A stretch of DNA of 64,000 nt from Marinoscillum sp. (GCA_038134805.1 JAYPVV010000002.1:139539-203538), one strand, 5' to 3'. Shown: positions 10,176 to 19,437, numbered from the stretch's first letter. The notes: generated from the sequence alone by a model not told the origin. Made by a program: numbers and translations.

Positions 10176-11486
10176 ATGAAAAATCTTCAAAAATATTTTA
10201 CTGCTTTAGATATTGGAACTTCAAAAATTTGCGCAATTATTGCTGAAAGAACTGAAAAAAATAAATTAAATATCATAGGTTTTGCTGAAACAGAATCAGA
10301 GGGTGTTTCAGAGGGTATGATTCAAAATTTAATTAAGGCAACTTCTAAAATAAAGGAAGTAATATCTAAAGCTAGTTCTATGGCTCAGATACCTATTGAT
10401 TATGTAAATGTTGGAATTGCTGGAAAACATATCAGAAGCTTTAGTACTCACCATTCAATTGGTTTGCAAGCAAATGATGAAGAACCAGTAGAAATTAATC
10501 TTAGTCATATTAATTTGCTGAAGGAAAGATCTAAAATGGCTGTAATACCTACTAATCATAAAATTATTCACAGTATGCATCAAAAATTCACTATTGATGA
10601 AGATCATGAATCTGTTGATCCAATTGGTGAATTTGGGAAAAAATTAGAAGCAGATTTTCATATAATAAGTGCTAATAAGGTAGATATTAAAATTATGGAG
10701 GAGTCAATAAGAAGATCTAATGTTAAGTGTAAAAACTTAATTTTAGAACCTATTGCATCAAGTTTAGCTCTTTTAGATGAAAGTGATAAGGAAGATGGAA
10801 TTTGCTTAGTTGATATAGGAGGGGGGACGACTGATATATCAATCTTTCATGATAATATAATTAGACATACTGCAGTTATACCTCTTGGAGGTGATATAGT
10901 AACTCAAGATATTAAAGAAGGATTAGGATTACCTAGACATCATGCTGAGGCTTTAAAGATAAAATTTGGGAAAGCTTTGTATGTTAAAAGACCTGTAAAA
11001 GAATACGTTAAAATCAAGGGTGAAGGTCAAAGAGAAGATAAAAAAATTTTATTAGATAATCTTTATAAAATTATAGAGGCAAGAATGGAAGAGATTTTTG
11101 AAAAAGTACATCAAGAGATTTTGAATAGCGGTATGAGTGAAAAATTATCAGCAGGTATAGTTATTACTGGAGGAGGCTCTCAATTACTTAATTTGAAACA
11201 GCAGGTTAAGTACATTACTGGTTTAGATGTTAGAAAAGGGTATCCATCTTCATACTTAACTAAATCTGAAATTGTAAATTTAGAATATCCAAAATATTCT
11301 ACATCAGTTGGGTTGCTTTTATGGGATTTTCTTAATTCAGATTCATTAATATCAGGAAGTGATAACTCATCGTTCAATAAATCTTCTATCCCTAAAGTAA
11401 ATAATTTTGGAAAATTAGTTACCGAAAGAATTAAAGGTTTCTTAAAGGATGATGATTTAACTGAATTTAAAGATGATAATTTTTAA
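10176..11486 (+). CDS. ftsA: cell division protein FtsA
   Basis: 436 aa actin-fold ATPase with ALDIGTSKICA and VDIGGGTTDISIF. C-terminal amphipathic helix GKLVTERIKGFLK. Confidence 0.92.
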   Translation: MKNLQKYFTALDIGTSKICAIIAERTEKNKLNIIGFAETESEGVSEGMIQNLIKATSKIKEVISKASSMAQIPIDYVNVGIAGKHIRSFSTHHSIGLQANDEEPVEINLSHINLLKERSKMAVIPTNHKIIHSMHQKFTIDEDHESVDPIGEFGKKLEADFHIISANKVDIKIMEESIRRSNVKCKNLILEPIASSLALLDESDKEDGICLVDIGGGTTDISIFHDNIIRHTAVIPLGGDIVTQDIKEGLGLPRHHAEALKIKFGKALYVKRPVKEYVKIKGEGQREDKKILLDNLYKIIEARMEEIFEKVHQEILNSGMSEKLSAGIVITGGGSQLLNLKQQVKYITGLDVRKGYPSSYLTKSEIVNLEYPKYSTSVGLLLWDFLNSDSLISGSDNSSFNKSSIPKVNNFGKLVTERIKGFLKDDDLTEFKDDNF

Positions 11487-11491
11487 TTAAA

Positions 11492-12910
11492 ATGGTGTTT
11501 GAATTTGATATCCCTTCTCATCATAAATCAATAATAAAAGTAATTGGTGTTGGTGGTGGAGGAAGTAACGCAGTAAATTATATGAATTCAACAGGTATAA
11601 GAAATGTTGAGTTTATAATATGTAATACCGATATTCAGGCTTTGCATTCATCTAGCGTAAAAAATCAGCTTCAAATCGGCATGGAATTAACTAAAGGTCT
11701 TGGCGCAGGAGCTAATCCTGTAAAAGGAAAAGAGGCCGCTCTTGAAAGTAGTCATGAGATTAGAGAATTATTAAGAAATGATGGGACAAAAATGTTATTT
11801 ATTACTGCAGGAATGGGAGGAGGTACAGGTACAGGGGCTGCTCCAATTATTGCTCAAATAGCTAAAGAACTTGATATATTAACTGTTGGAATTGTTACAC
11901 TACCGTTTGATTTTGAGGGTAAATCAAAAATGGAAAAAGCTCTTAATGGAGTTGAAGAATTAAAAAAAGGTTGTGATAGTGTAATTACTATACTTAATCA
12001 AAGATTGATTGAAATTTATGGTGATCTAAGTCAATCAAAAGCTTTTGAGAAAGCTGATGATATAATTTCAACTAGTGCAAAATGTATAGCTGAAATAGTT
12101 ACTGTTCCTGGTCAAATTAATGTTGATTTTGAAGATGTTAAAACTGTGATGAAAAATGCTGGAACGTCTGTCTTGGGATCTGCTGAAGCCTCTGGTGAAA
12201 ATAGAGCGAAAGAAGCAATAGAAAATGCAATTAATTCACCACTACTCAATGATAGAAATATTGAAGGAGCTAAGAAAATACTTTTAAATATAGTATCTGG
12301 TGGAGGTGATTATGAGTTGACTACTATCGAGTTGAATACAATTACAAAACTAGTCAATGATACATCATCTAATGATGTTGAAATAATTTTTGGAACAGCA
12401 ATTGATGGTGAGTTAGATGACAAAGTAAAGGTAACAATAATTGCTACTGGATTTTCTAACAGTAAAAATGGTATTGATGAAATAAAAACAATTTCAAATA
12501 ATATAAACTCTCAAACAAATTTATTTGAGGAAAATAATTTTGAGTTTATTAAAAATGAAAATGAAATTTTTGAAGAAGTTATTCATAATTTTGATGATGA
12601 ATATCATGAATATGAAGACTCTTTAGAAATGAATAAAATTCAAAATACCAATGATAGGAGTGATGAGGTTGTAATTGAAGAGTTAGACTCTACAGACTCT
12701 TTAGAACTTGATGAGTCTTCTGATAAAAAAAATGAATATTTAATTAAGAGAAAAAAAAGGATTATAAATTTTAATAATAAAAGCTTTAAAGATAGCTCTA
12801 TTGAGCAAAAACTAGCTATTCCAGCATACAAAAGAAAAAATATTTATTTAGATAATGACGTCTCTGATAGTAATGATGGTAAAACTCTAAATTTTACAGA
12901 AGAAGATTAA
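11492..12910 (+). CDS. ftsZ: cell division GTPase FtsZ
   Basis: 472 aa. GVGGGGSNAV and the tubulin signature GMGGGTGTGAAP. A long acidic linker is followed by an FtsA-binding-like peptide, LAIPAYKRKN. Confidence 0.95.
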   Translation: MVFEFDIPSHHKSIIKVIGVGGGGSNAVNYMNSTGIRNVEFIICNTDIQALHSSSVKNQLQIGMELTKGLGAGANPVKGKEAALESSHEIRELLRNDGTKMLFITAGMGGGTGTGAAPIIAQIAKELDILTVGIVTLPFDFEGKSKMEKALNGVEELKKGCDSVITILNQRLIEIYGDLSQSKAFEKADDIISTSAKCIAEIVTVPGQINVDFEDVKTVMKNAGTSVLGSAEASGENRAKEAIENAINSPLLNDRNIEGAKKILLNIVSGGGDYELTTIELNTITKLVNDTSSNDVEIIFGTAIDGELDDKVKVTIIATGFSNSKNGIDEIKTISNNINSQTNLFEENNFEFIKNENEIFEEVIHNFDDEYHEYEDSLEMNKIQNTNDRSDEVVIEELDSTDSLELDESSDKKNEYLIKRKKRIINFNNKSFKDSSIEQKLAIPAYKRKNIYLDNDVSDSNDGKTLNFTEED

Positions 12911-12948
12911 TAATTATTTATAAATTTACTTTCTTAAATATTTAAAAA

Positions 12949-14079
12949 ATGAATTTTATTGTTTCATCATCTTATCTGCTTAAAAATCTTAATGCTATTA
13001 GTGGTGTAATTACTTCAAATCCTGTAGTCCCAATTTTAGAAAATGTTTTATTTGAAATTGAAAGTGGTAATTTATTAATAACTGCATCTGACTTACAAAC
13101 TTCAGTAATGGTTGAGCTCCAAGTTGAGTCTAAAGAAGATGGAAGTATTGCTATACCTGCAAAAATTCTTATTGAGACCTTAAAAAATTTACCTGAACAG
13201 CCTGTTACTTTTTCTATTGATGATAACAATTATAATATAGAAATAAATTCAGATAATGGAAGATACAAATTAGCAGGAGAAAATTCTACTGATTTCCCCA
13301 AAGTTCCTAATGTTAACGATGGTTATTCAGCTGAAATAGATTCTGATATTTTAAATTCAGCTATATCAAATACTATTTTTTCTACTAGTACGGATGAATT
13401 AAGACCCGCTATGACGGGAATTTTCTTTAAATTATCTTCAAAGCATTCTACTTTTGTTTCTACTGACGGGCATAGATTGGTTAAATATGTTACTACAGAT
13501 ATTAATGGGGATGAAGTAGATCATGATATGATATTACCAAGGAAGTCTCTTAATTTGTTAAGATCAATATTACCTTCAGATAAATCATCTCAAATTAAGA
13601 TTGATTTTAATGCATCTAATGCATTTTTTTCTTTTGATAACATTAAAATGGTTTGTAGGTTGATTGATGAAAGATATCCTGATTATGATAATGTTATTCC
13701 CGCTAACAATTCTAATACAATTACTATTTCTAAAACAGATATTCTTGGTTCTTTGAAAAGAATATCAATTTATGCAAATAAAACTACAAATCAAGTTAGA
13801 TTAAAAATTTCTGGCTCTGAAATTTTAATATCTGCCGAAGATTTAGATTTTTCAAATGAAGCAAATGAAAGGATTTCATGTGATCATGATGGTGATGATA
13901 TTGAAATAGGATTTAATGCTAAATTTTTAATTGAAATGATTTCTAATATTTATTCTGATAAAGTAATATTGAAACTATCTGAACCTAATAGAGCTGGATT
14001 AATTCTTCCAGATGAATCAAAAGATAATGAAGAAATAACTATGTTAGTTATGCCAGTAATGCTTAATGATAATGTTTAA
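12949..14079 (+). CDS. dnaN: DNA polymerase III beta sliding clamp DnaN
   Basis: 376 aa. The N-terminus MNFIVSSSYLLKNLNAISGVI..PILENVLFE and the C-terminal ..EEITMLVMPVML are typical of beta clamps, as is the length. Confidence 0.88.
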   Translation: MNFIVSSSYLLKNLNAISGVITSNPVVPILENVLFEIESGNLLITASDLQTSVMVELQVESKEDGSIAIPAKILIETLKNLPEQPVTFSIDDNNYNIEINSDNGRYKLAGENSTDFPKVPNVNDGYSAEIDSDILNSAISNTIFSTSTDELRPAMTGIFFKLSSKHSTFVSTDGHRLVKYVTTDINGDEVDHDMILPRKSLNLLRSILPSDKSSQIKIDFNASNAFFSFDNIKMVCRLIDERYPDYDNVIPANNSNTITISKTDILGSLKRISIYANKTTNQVRLKISGSEILISAEDLDFSNEANERISCDHDGDDIEIGFNAKFLIEMISNIYSDKVILKLSEPNRAGLILPDESKDNEEITMLVMPVMLNDNV

Positions 14080-14761
14080 ACTATTCCTTCTCAGTTTATT
14101 TATTAACTTATTTAATTCTTCGTTAACTAATACTGCATGGTTTTTGAATGATAACGGACTTCAAGAAATTAGAATATATTCAGATAGGTTTTATACAATT
14201 ACAAAGTTTGATTTAGATAATAAAAAATTTATATCTACTTCTGGAGGTAGTTATTTTTTTGGTGAAAATTATTATGAAGTAATAGAATTTAATTCTCAAG
14301 ATACTTCACAAGTTGGAGATACAATATTTTATTCCAGTTTTAAATTATCTAATGGAGATAAAGATTCTAAATTAATAATTGAAAATAATTTATTTGAAAA
14401 ATATGAATCAGAAAATGAGTTAACTGGTTCATGGTTAATGAGTGGAATAGAAAGGCAGGGAGAGATGAGGTCTAGAAATGTTAATCAACCCAGAAAAACA
14501 ATGAAAATTTTAGCTGGTGGAAGATTTCAATGGATTGCATATGATACTTCAAAAAAAGGTTTTTATGGAACGGGTGGGGGATATTATTCAACTATAGATG
14601 GTACTTATACTGAAAATATAGAGTTTTTTTCAAGAGATTCAAATACTGTTGGCAACTCACTTAAGTTTGATTATGAGATAATTGAAGGTGATTGGCATCA
14701 TAAAGGTTTTAGTTCAAAAGGAGATCCAAAGTATGAAATTTGGACACAAAGAAAAAAATAA
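14066..14761 (+). CDS. hypothetical secreted protein with internal two-fold duplication
   Basis: 231 aa with a hydrophobic N-terminus (FKLFLLSLFINLF). Two similar halves: GGSYFFGENYYEVIEFNSQDTSQVGDTI versus GGGYYSTIDGTYTENIEFFSRDSNTVGNSL. No family recognised. Confidence 0.5.
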   Translation: MIMFKLFLLSLFINLFNSSLTNTAWFLNDNGLQEIRIYSDRFYTITKFDLDNKKFISTSGGSYFFGENYYEVIEFNSQDTSQVGDTIFYSSFKLSNGDKDSKLIIENNLFEKYESENELTGSWLMSGIERQGEMRSRNVNQPRKTMKILAGGRFQWIAYDTSKKGFYGTGGGYYSTIDGTYTENIEFFSRDSNTVGNSLKFDYEIIEGDWHHKGFSSKGDPKYEIWTQRKK

Positions 14762-14766
14762 CTTAT

Positions 14767-14852
14767 GCGCATGTGGCGGAATTGGTAGACGCGCTAGGTT
14801 GAGGGCCTAGTGACTTAAATTAGTCGTGGAAGTTCGACTCTTCTCATGCGCA
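14767..14852 (+). tRNA. tRNA-Leu (anticodon GAG), class II with long variable arm
   Basis: Acceptor GCGCATG/CATGCGC with discriminator A. Anticodon stem CTAGG/CCTAG with loop TTGAGGG. T-loop GTTCGACT. No encoded CCA. Confidence 0.88.
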
Positions 14853-14868
14853 CAACAATTAAAAAAAA

Positions 14869-15168
14869 TTAATCAAATAATGAAGATAATTTCATTGCTA
14901 CTGTCATTTCACCTTCTATTTTCATTTTCCCAAGTATAAATGCTTGCATTGAGTCAGTCTCTTTATTAAGAATTTTTTCAAATTCTTTATTATCTATGAT
15001 TATAGAGCAATGCGCTTCATTATTATCATTATTGATTATAGTTGGAGTTACAGTATCATCTATAAATACACATCCATCATTAAAAATAAACTTAATTTTA
15101 GACTCTATTTTGCCACTTCCTTTCTGTGACAATTCTATAATTCTTTTTGTTATTTCATTTAATTTCAT
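14869..15168 (-). CDS. SCP2 sterol-binding-domain protein
   Basis: 99 aa. The pattern ..IKFIFNDG..FIDD...EAHCSIIIDNKEFEKILNKETDSMQAFILGKMKIEGEMTVAMKL is typical of small SCP-2 domain proteins. Confidence 0.7.
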   Translation of the reverse strand: MKLNEITKRIIELSQKGSGKIESKIKFIFNDGCVFIDDTVTPTIINNDNNEAHCSIIIDNKEFEKILNKETDSMQAFILGKMKIEGEMTVAMKLSSLFD

Positions 15169-15174
15169 ACTTTA

Positions 15175-16233
15175 TTAATTTAATTTAATCTCATACATTG
15201 AAGGCCACCATTTTCCAGTTATAAAAATTGTTTGAGTCTCGTCATTGTAAGCTATTCCATTCATAACATCTATTTTATCTGAATAGTTTTTTCTATTAAA
15301 TATATTTTGTAAATCTAGTTTTCCTTCTACAATACCAGTTTCCGGATTAATCTTTAAAATAATATCTTTACCATATATATTACAATAAATCTTATCATTA
15401 ATAACTTCTAATTCATTAATATTATTAACTTTTCCATTATTATCATAAACTTCAATTATTTTTTCTATATCGAAACTACCTGGATTTCTAAAATAAATTT
15501 TTTCAGATCCATCACTCATCACAATTTGATTATTATATGTAGAAAGGCCCCAACCCTCAGTTTCATAATTAAATTCTTGAATAATATTAAAAGAATTTAT
15601 ATCATAAACAAAACACACTTTACTTTTCCATGTTAGCATAAAAAGTTTATTTTTATATATAGTAATTCCTTCAGCAAAGAAACTATCACTTATTTTTTTT
15701 TCTCTAATTATATTCCCATTTTCATAGTCGGTTTCCCTTAGAAAAGATTTACCGTATTGTCCTGAACTTTCATAGAATTTTCCATTTTTAATTAGTAGTC
15801 CTTGGGTATATGAACTTTTATCATGAGCTAATATTTTAATTAATTCATAATTTAATATTTGAGGTTTATCTTTTGGATATATAAAAAAACTTTTTGAAGT
15901 TATGTCTATTTTATTATCATGATTTTGACTCATTATTTTTACACTATTTCTTCCATACTGCTTAAAAACATTCGATGAAATTTTAATTTTTTTCTCAAAA
16001 TTAATCGTGTCATTATTTATTAATAATTTATAAAGATTTTGCTCTTTACTATCAATATTATTTTTTACGCTAATTAAAATGGAATCTCCTCTGTAAAAAA
16101 TCTCATTATTTGATGGATTTTCAATTATAAATTTTGATTTTATGCGAGGTGATTGAGATTTAAACTCATTTCTGTTTTCACATGACATAACAATAAAAAA
16201 AAGAATACTTAAATAATAATTATATTTCATCAA
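15175..16233 (-). CDS. glutaminyl-peptide cyclotransferase (beta-propeller plant/bacterial type) lipoprotein with N-terminal extension
   Basis: 352 aa with a lipobox-like FFIVMSC. The C-terminal ~240 aa carry YTQGL..YESSGQYGKS..EGWGL..NELE..IYCNI, as in glutamine cyclotransferases. An extra domain of about 110 aa precedes it. Confidence 0.7.
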   Translation of the reverse strand: MMKYNYYLSILFFIVMSCENRNEFKSQSPRIKSKFIIENPSNNEIFYRGDSILISVKNNIDSKEQNLYKLLINNDTINFEKKIKISSNVFKQYGRNSVKIMSQNHDNKIDITSKSFFIYPKDKPQILNYELIKILAHDKSSYTQGLLIKNGKFYESSGQYGKSFLRETDYENGNIIREKKISDSFFAEGITIYKNKLFMLTWKSKVCFVYDINSFNIIQEFNYETEGWGLSTYNNQIVMSDGSEKIYFRNPGSFDIEKIIEVYDNNGKVNNINELEVINDKIYCNIYGKDIILKINPETGIVEGKLDLQNIFNRKNYSDKIDVMNGIAYNDETQTIFITGKWWPSMYEIKLN

Positions 16234-16804
16234 TAATGTTTTTTCCTTTTTCTGTTAAATTAAACCCAATTCCAATTTCTTTTTTATAATAATTTATAAT
16301 TGATATTCTTCTTATTAAATTTTTTTTAACTAAAGAAGTAAAAGATCTACTTAATGATGCCTTTGATTTTTTTAAAAACTTACACTCTCCTCTAATTATT
16401 CCTTTTTTATGGGTTCCATCGATTCTTTGATACTTTCTTTTTCTGGTTTCAAACTCTTTACGAGAGTCGCTCAAGCTTTTAAAATTTTTTGATTCTTTAT
16501 CTCTAAATTTTTCTTTTGGAACTATCTTGAAATAGTCTATAACTGGCTCATAAAAATAAATATGAGCGTGAGCATCTGAGTCAGGCTCAATAAAACCTTT
16601 TTTTTCTTCAAAAGAGTTTTCTGATTTTTCATTGATTTTTAAAAGATCATCTATGGTTAATTTAACTAAATCTATGTTCTTTTTTTTATGTCTCTCTGAT
16701 ATATGAAATTTAACAATCTCATCTGAGTCCATACTAAGATTTTCATTTTTTAAATTATAAAAAGACTTATTTAAAATAAATTTTTGTAAGGATGATAAAT
16801 TCAA
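16220..16804 (-). CDS. hypothetical basic protein, no family recognised (C-terminus winged-helix-like)
   Basis: 194 aa, Lys/Arg-rich, with no signal peptide. The C-terminal SFTSLVKKNLIRRISIINYYKKEIGIGFNLTEKGKNI resembles a recognition helix plus wing. It overlaps the cyclotransferase start by 14 nt and lies 36 nt downstream of the TonB receptor gene. Confidence 0.45.
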   Translation of the reverse strand: MNLSSLQKFILNKSFYNLKNENLSMDSDEIVKFHISERHKKKNIDLVKLTIDDLLKINEKSENSFEEKKGFIEPDSDAHAHIYFYEPVIDYFKIVPKEKFRDKESKNFKSLSDSRKEFETRKRKYQRIDGTHKKGIIRGECKFLKKSKASLSRSFTSLVKKNLIRRISIINYYKKEIGIGFNLTEKGKNIIDEI

Positions 16805-16840
16805 TTTATACTGTTATCGTATAAAAATATTTATTATTTT

Positions 16841-19384
16841 TTAATTTCCAAAAAGTTGACCATTATCTTGAAACTCTCCAGAATCAAAATCTCCTCGTTG
16901 ACCTCCTCTTCTCTTATTTTGATTTATTCTATACTGGAGTGATAATCTAAATTCCTGAGAACGTCTCCATGAAAATTCTCCAACAGTGAAATAATTGTCA
17001 TCTGGTTTTCCTCCTCTTTCGTATCTTCTTAGTCTAGATTTAGTTAAATCTCTAACTGTAAATGATAAAGTCCCTTTTTTATTTTTAAATATATCTTTCG
17101 ATAAGCTTAAGTCAATTCCATATGATGATAAATTTTTACCTTGAGGAGATTCAGATGGCCCTCTGTAATCAAAAGTTAATTGACCTTCTAGCTTATTATC
17201 AAACATTTTTAAATTATTACTTATCCTTGTTCTCCAACTATAAGATTTGGCATAAAAATTCTGAGTTCTTCCTCCATTTACAGGCTCATATTCTCCTTCT
17301 GTTTCTGACTGAAAGAAATTTAATGAGCCCGTAGTTTTTAACCATTTATTATATTCTATAGAACCATTTAATTCAACTCCATATGCATTAGTAAAACCTA
17401 AATTGACAGGTTTAAAAACAGCATATCCTTGATCATTTACATCAAAGATTCTTTCTATTACATCATTTGTATGTCTGTAATATGTTCCAGCATAAATATT
17501 ACCTTTTTCAAATTCACTTAAAAATCCAATTTCATAAGAGTTTGTTAATTCTGGATCTAGGAATGGATTTCCTACAAAATTTGATCTACTATCACCTAGA
17601 CCATAAAATGGATTTAAATCCCAAAATCTAGGTCTTCTTAATCTCTTGCTATAACTAAGTTGTATTGATTGCTTATCACTAATCTCATAGGTAAAGAACC
17701 CAGAAGGAAAGTAATTGGAATACTTTAATCTAGTAATTTCTTGAGTATCTATTAGATTAGCAAAAAAATCAGTGTCTTCATATCTTAAACCTAGTTGATA
17801 AGAGAATTTTCCAGATTGATTTCCTAGCTGAATATATAAAGCATTTACATCTTGATAATAGTCATAGGTGTTAGATGGAGGAATTATAATCCATCTTTCA
17901 TCATATAATTGTTCAGCTTTATAATTACTATTCATTTTATCATAATCTCTTCTAAATCCAAGTTCAAGTTTACCTTTATCTGAATTAAATGGATATATGT
18001 AATCAACTCTAATATTTTGATCATATCTCTCACTTATTTGATTTGTTCTTTGGTTTAAATTTATTAGTGGCTCGTTGTAGCTACTTAAGTTTTCTGAATC
18101 ATTACTACTCCATGAATAATCTAGTTTTAAATTGTGTCCTTTTTTATTAAAATTTTTGGTATAGGAGAGGTTATAGTTGTAGTTATCGCTAATTCTACTA
18201 GAGTTCTCAAATCTTTTACTCTCACCAATTAATTCACCAATTGATGAATAATCTTTGTAAAAATTATTACTGTTTCCATCATCATCGCTAGATCTAAACC
18301 CTAAAGAAAAGTTAAAAATATTTTTATTATTTGGAAATAATGAGAAGCCAAATCTACCTCCAAGAGACTTATCATTATTTAATCTTTCACGATTAATACT
18401 AGATGAATAAGTTGTATCAGATAAATAAAAATCTGAATTAGTAAAACCACCTCCTTTATTCTCTCTCTGATTTAAATTAACAGATCCAAATACTGAGAAT
18501 TTACTTTTTCTGTAATTGATATTTGTTGACAATCCATTTTGTAAGGGATAACCAGTATTTAAATTAATAGAACCATTTACGCCTTTCAATTTGTCTTTTT
18601 TTAAGATAATATTTAAAATTCCAGAAGAGCCTTCTGCACTATATCTAGAAGATGGATTAGTAATTATTTCAACTTGATCTATTTCATTACCTTGAAGCTG
18701 TTTAAATGCATTAGGTCCATCAAATCCCATCATGCTTGCAGGTTTTCCATCAATAAGTATTCTAACGCTTTGTGAACCTCTAAGACTAATATTACCTTCA
18801 ATATCTAGATCAATTGATGGTATATTTTCTAAAATTTCTTCAGCTGTTCCTCCTTTATTACTTAAATCTTTACCTACATTAAATACTCTTTTGTCTAATT
18901 TTAATTCAAGACTACTTTTGTCAGCTCTTACCATTACCTCATCGAGAGCTGTAGCATCTGTTTCTAAACTTATATCTCCAAGATCAATTTCTCTATTTTC
19001 TCTAGAAAAGGGTATATTCACCCTGAAAGATTTATATCCTACATAGGTTATTTCTGCAATCAATTGCATAGGATTTCCTCTTAATTGTTGCTTTCTTTCG
19101 GATCTAACTTTTTCCATCATTTTTTGAGGATTTATTTCAATTTGAAATTTTCCTTTGTCATCAGTTATTCCTCCTGAAACTAGGATGGAATCATAGGTGA
19201 CAATTGATATTGTAGCATATGACAATCCTTCTTTTGAATCGGAATCGATAAGTTTCCCTTTAACTATCATATTTGCCATCTGAAAGTTCTGAAAGCCAGA
19301 TGAACCTCCACTCCACTGAGATCTATCTTGAGCAGGTAAATTAAATGATATTAATAATAATAGGAGATATATAAATTTATTCAT
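16841..19384 (-). CDS. TonB-dependent outer-membrane receptor with N-terminal carboxypeptidase-regulatory-like domain
   Basis: 847 aa. Signal peptide ..SFNLPA|QD, a CarboxypepD_reg-like VKGKLIDSDSKEGLSYATISIV, a plug region (GNISLRGSQSVRILIDGKP), and a long beta-barrel rich in Y/N/S/G repeats. Confidence 0.8.
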   Translation of the reverse strand: MNKFIYLLLLLISFNLPAQDRSQWSGGSSGFQNFQMANMIVKGKLIDSDSKEGLSYATISIVTYDSILVSGGITDDKGKFQIEINPQKMMEKVRSERKQQLRGNPMQLIAEITYVGYKSFRVNIPFSRENREIDLGDISLETDATALDEVMVRADKSSLELKLDKRVFNVGKDLSNKGGTAEEILENIPSIDLDIEGNISLRGSQSVRILIDGKPASMMGFDGPNAFKQLQGNEIDQVEIITNPSSRYSAEGSSGILNIILKKDKLKGVNGSINLNTGYPLQNGLSTNINYRKSKFSVFGSVNLNQRENKGGGFTNSDFYLSDTTYSSSINRERLNNDKSLGGRFGFSLFPNNKNIFNFSLGFRSSDDDGNSNNFYKDYSSIGELIGESKRFENSSRISDNYNYNLSYTKNFNKKGHNLKLDYSWSSNDSENLSSYNEPLINLNQRTNQISERYDQNIRVDYIYPFNSDKGKLELGFRRDYDKMNSNYKAEQLYDERWIIIPPSNTYDYYQDVNALYIQLGNQSGKFSYQLGLRYEDTDFFANLIDTQEITRLKYSNYFPSGFFTYEISDKQSIQLSYSKRLRRPRFWDLNPFYGLGDSRSNFVGNPFLDPELTNSYEIGFLSEFEKGNIYAGTYYRHTNDVIERIFDVNDQGYAVFKPVNLGFTNAYGVELNGSIEYNKWLKTTGSLNFFQSETEGEYEPVNGGRTQNFYAKSYSWRTRISNNLKMFDNKLEGQLTFDYRGPSESPQGKNLSSYGIDLSLSKDIFKNKKGTLSFTVRDLTKSRLRRYERGGKPDDNYFTVGEFSWRRSQEFRLSLQYRINQNKRRGGQRGDFDSGEFQDNGQLFGN

Positions 19385-19437
19385 TTTTTATTTTTTTGAG
19401 TATACGGGTTTAGATGTCAATAGTTTATAAAACTTGC

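Noticed and set aside
18732-19046. Antisense ORFs in the supplied track that lie wholly inside longer, well-supported genes. Examples are 5585..5824, 9416..9613, 11180..11377, 12640..12831, 12972..13229, 14996..15178, 17122..17334, 18732..19046, 19916..20104, 20758..20949, 24704..24889, 27723..27905, 28479..28703, 28927..29208, 31755..31949, 32545..32739, 38386..38604, 38884..39126, 51143..51352, 52541..52771, 56860..57078 and 58537..58746.
   Set aside because: Each sits opposite a gene with strong family motifs. Their translations are Ser/Leu/Ile/Phe-rich low-complexity strings typical of shadow frames, and none has a recognisable motif. I treat them as non-coding.
19399-19420. Sigma-70-like TTGACA and TATACT hexamers on the minus strand upstream of the TonB receptor gene.
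   Set aside because: The spacer between them is only 10 nt rather than about 17, and Bacteroidota primary promoters use a different consensus (TTG / TAnnTTTG).
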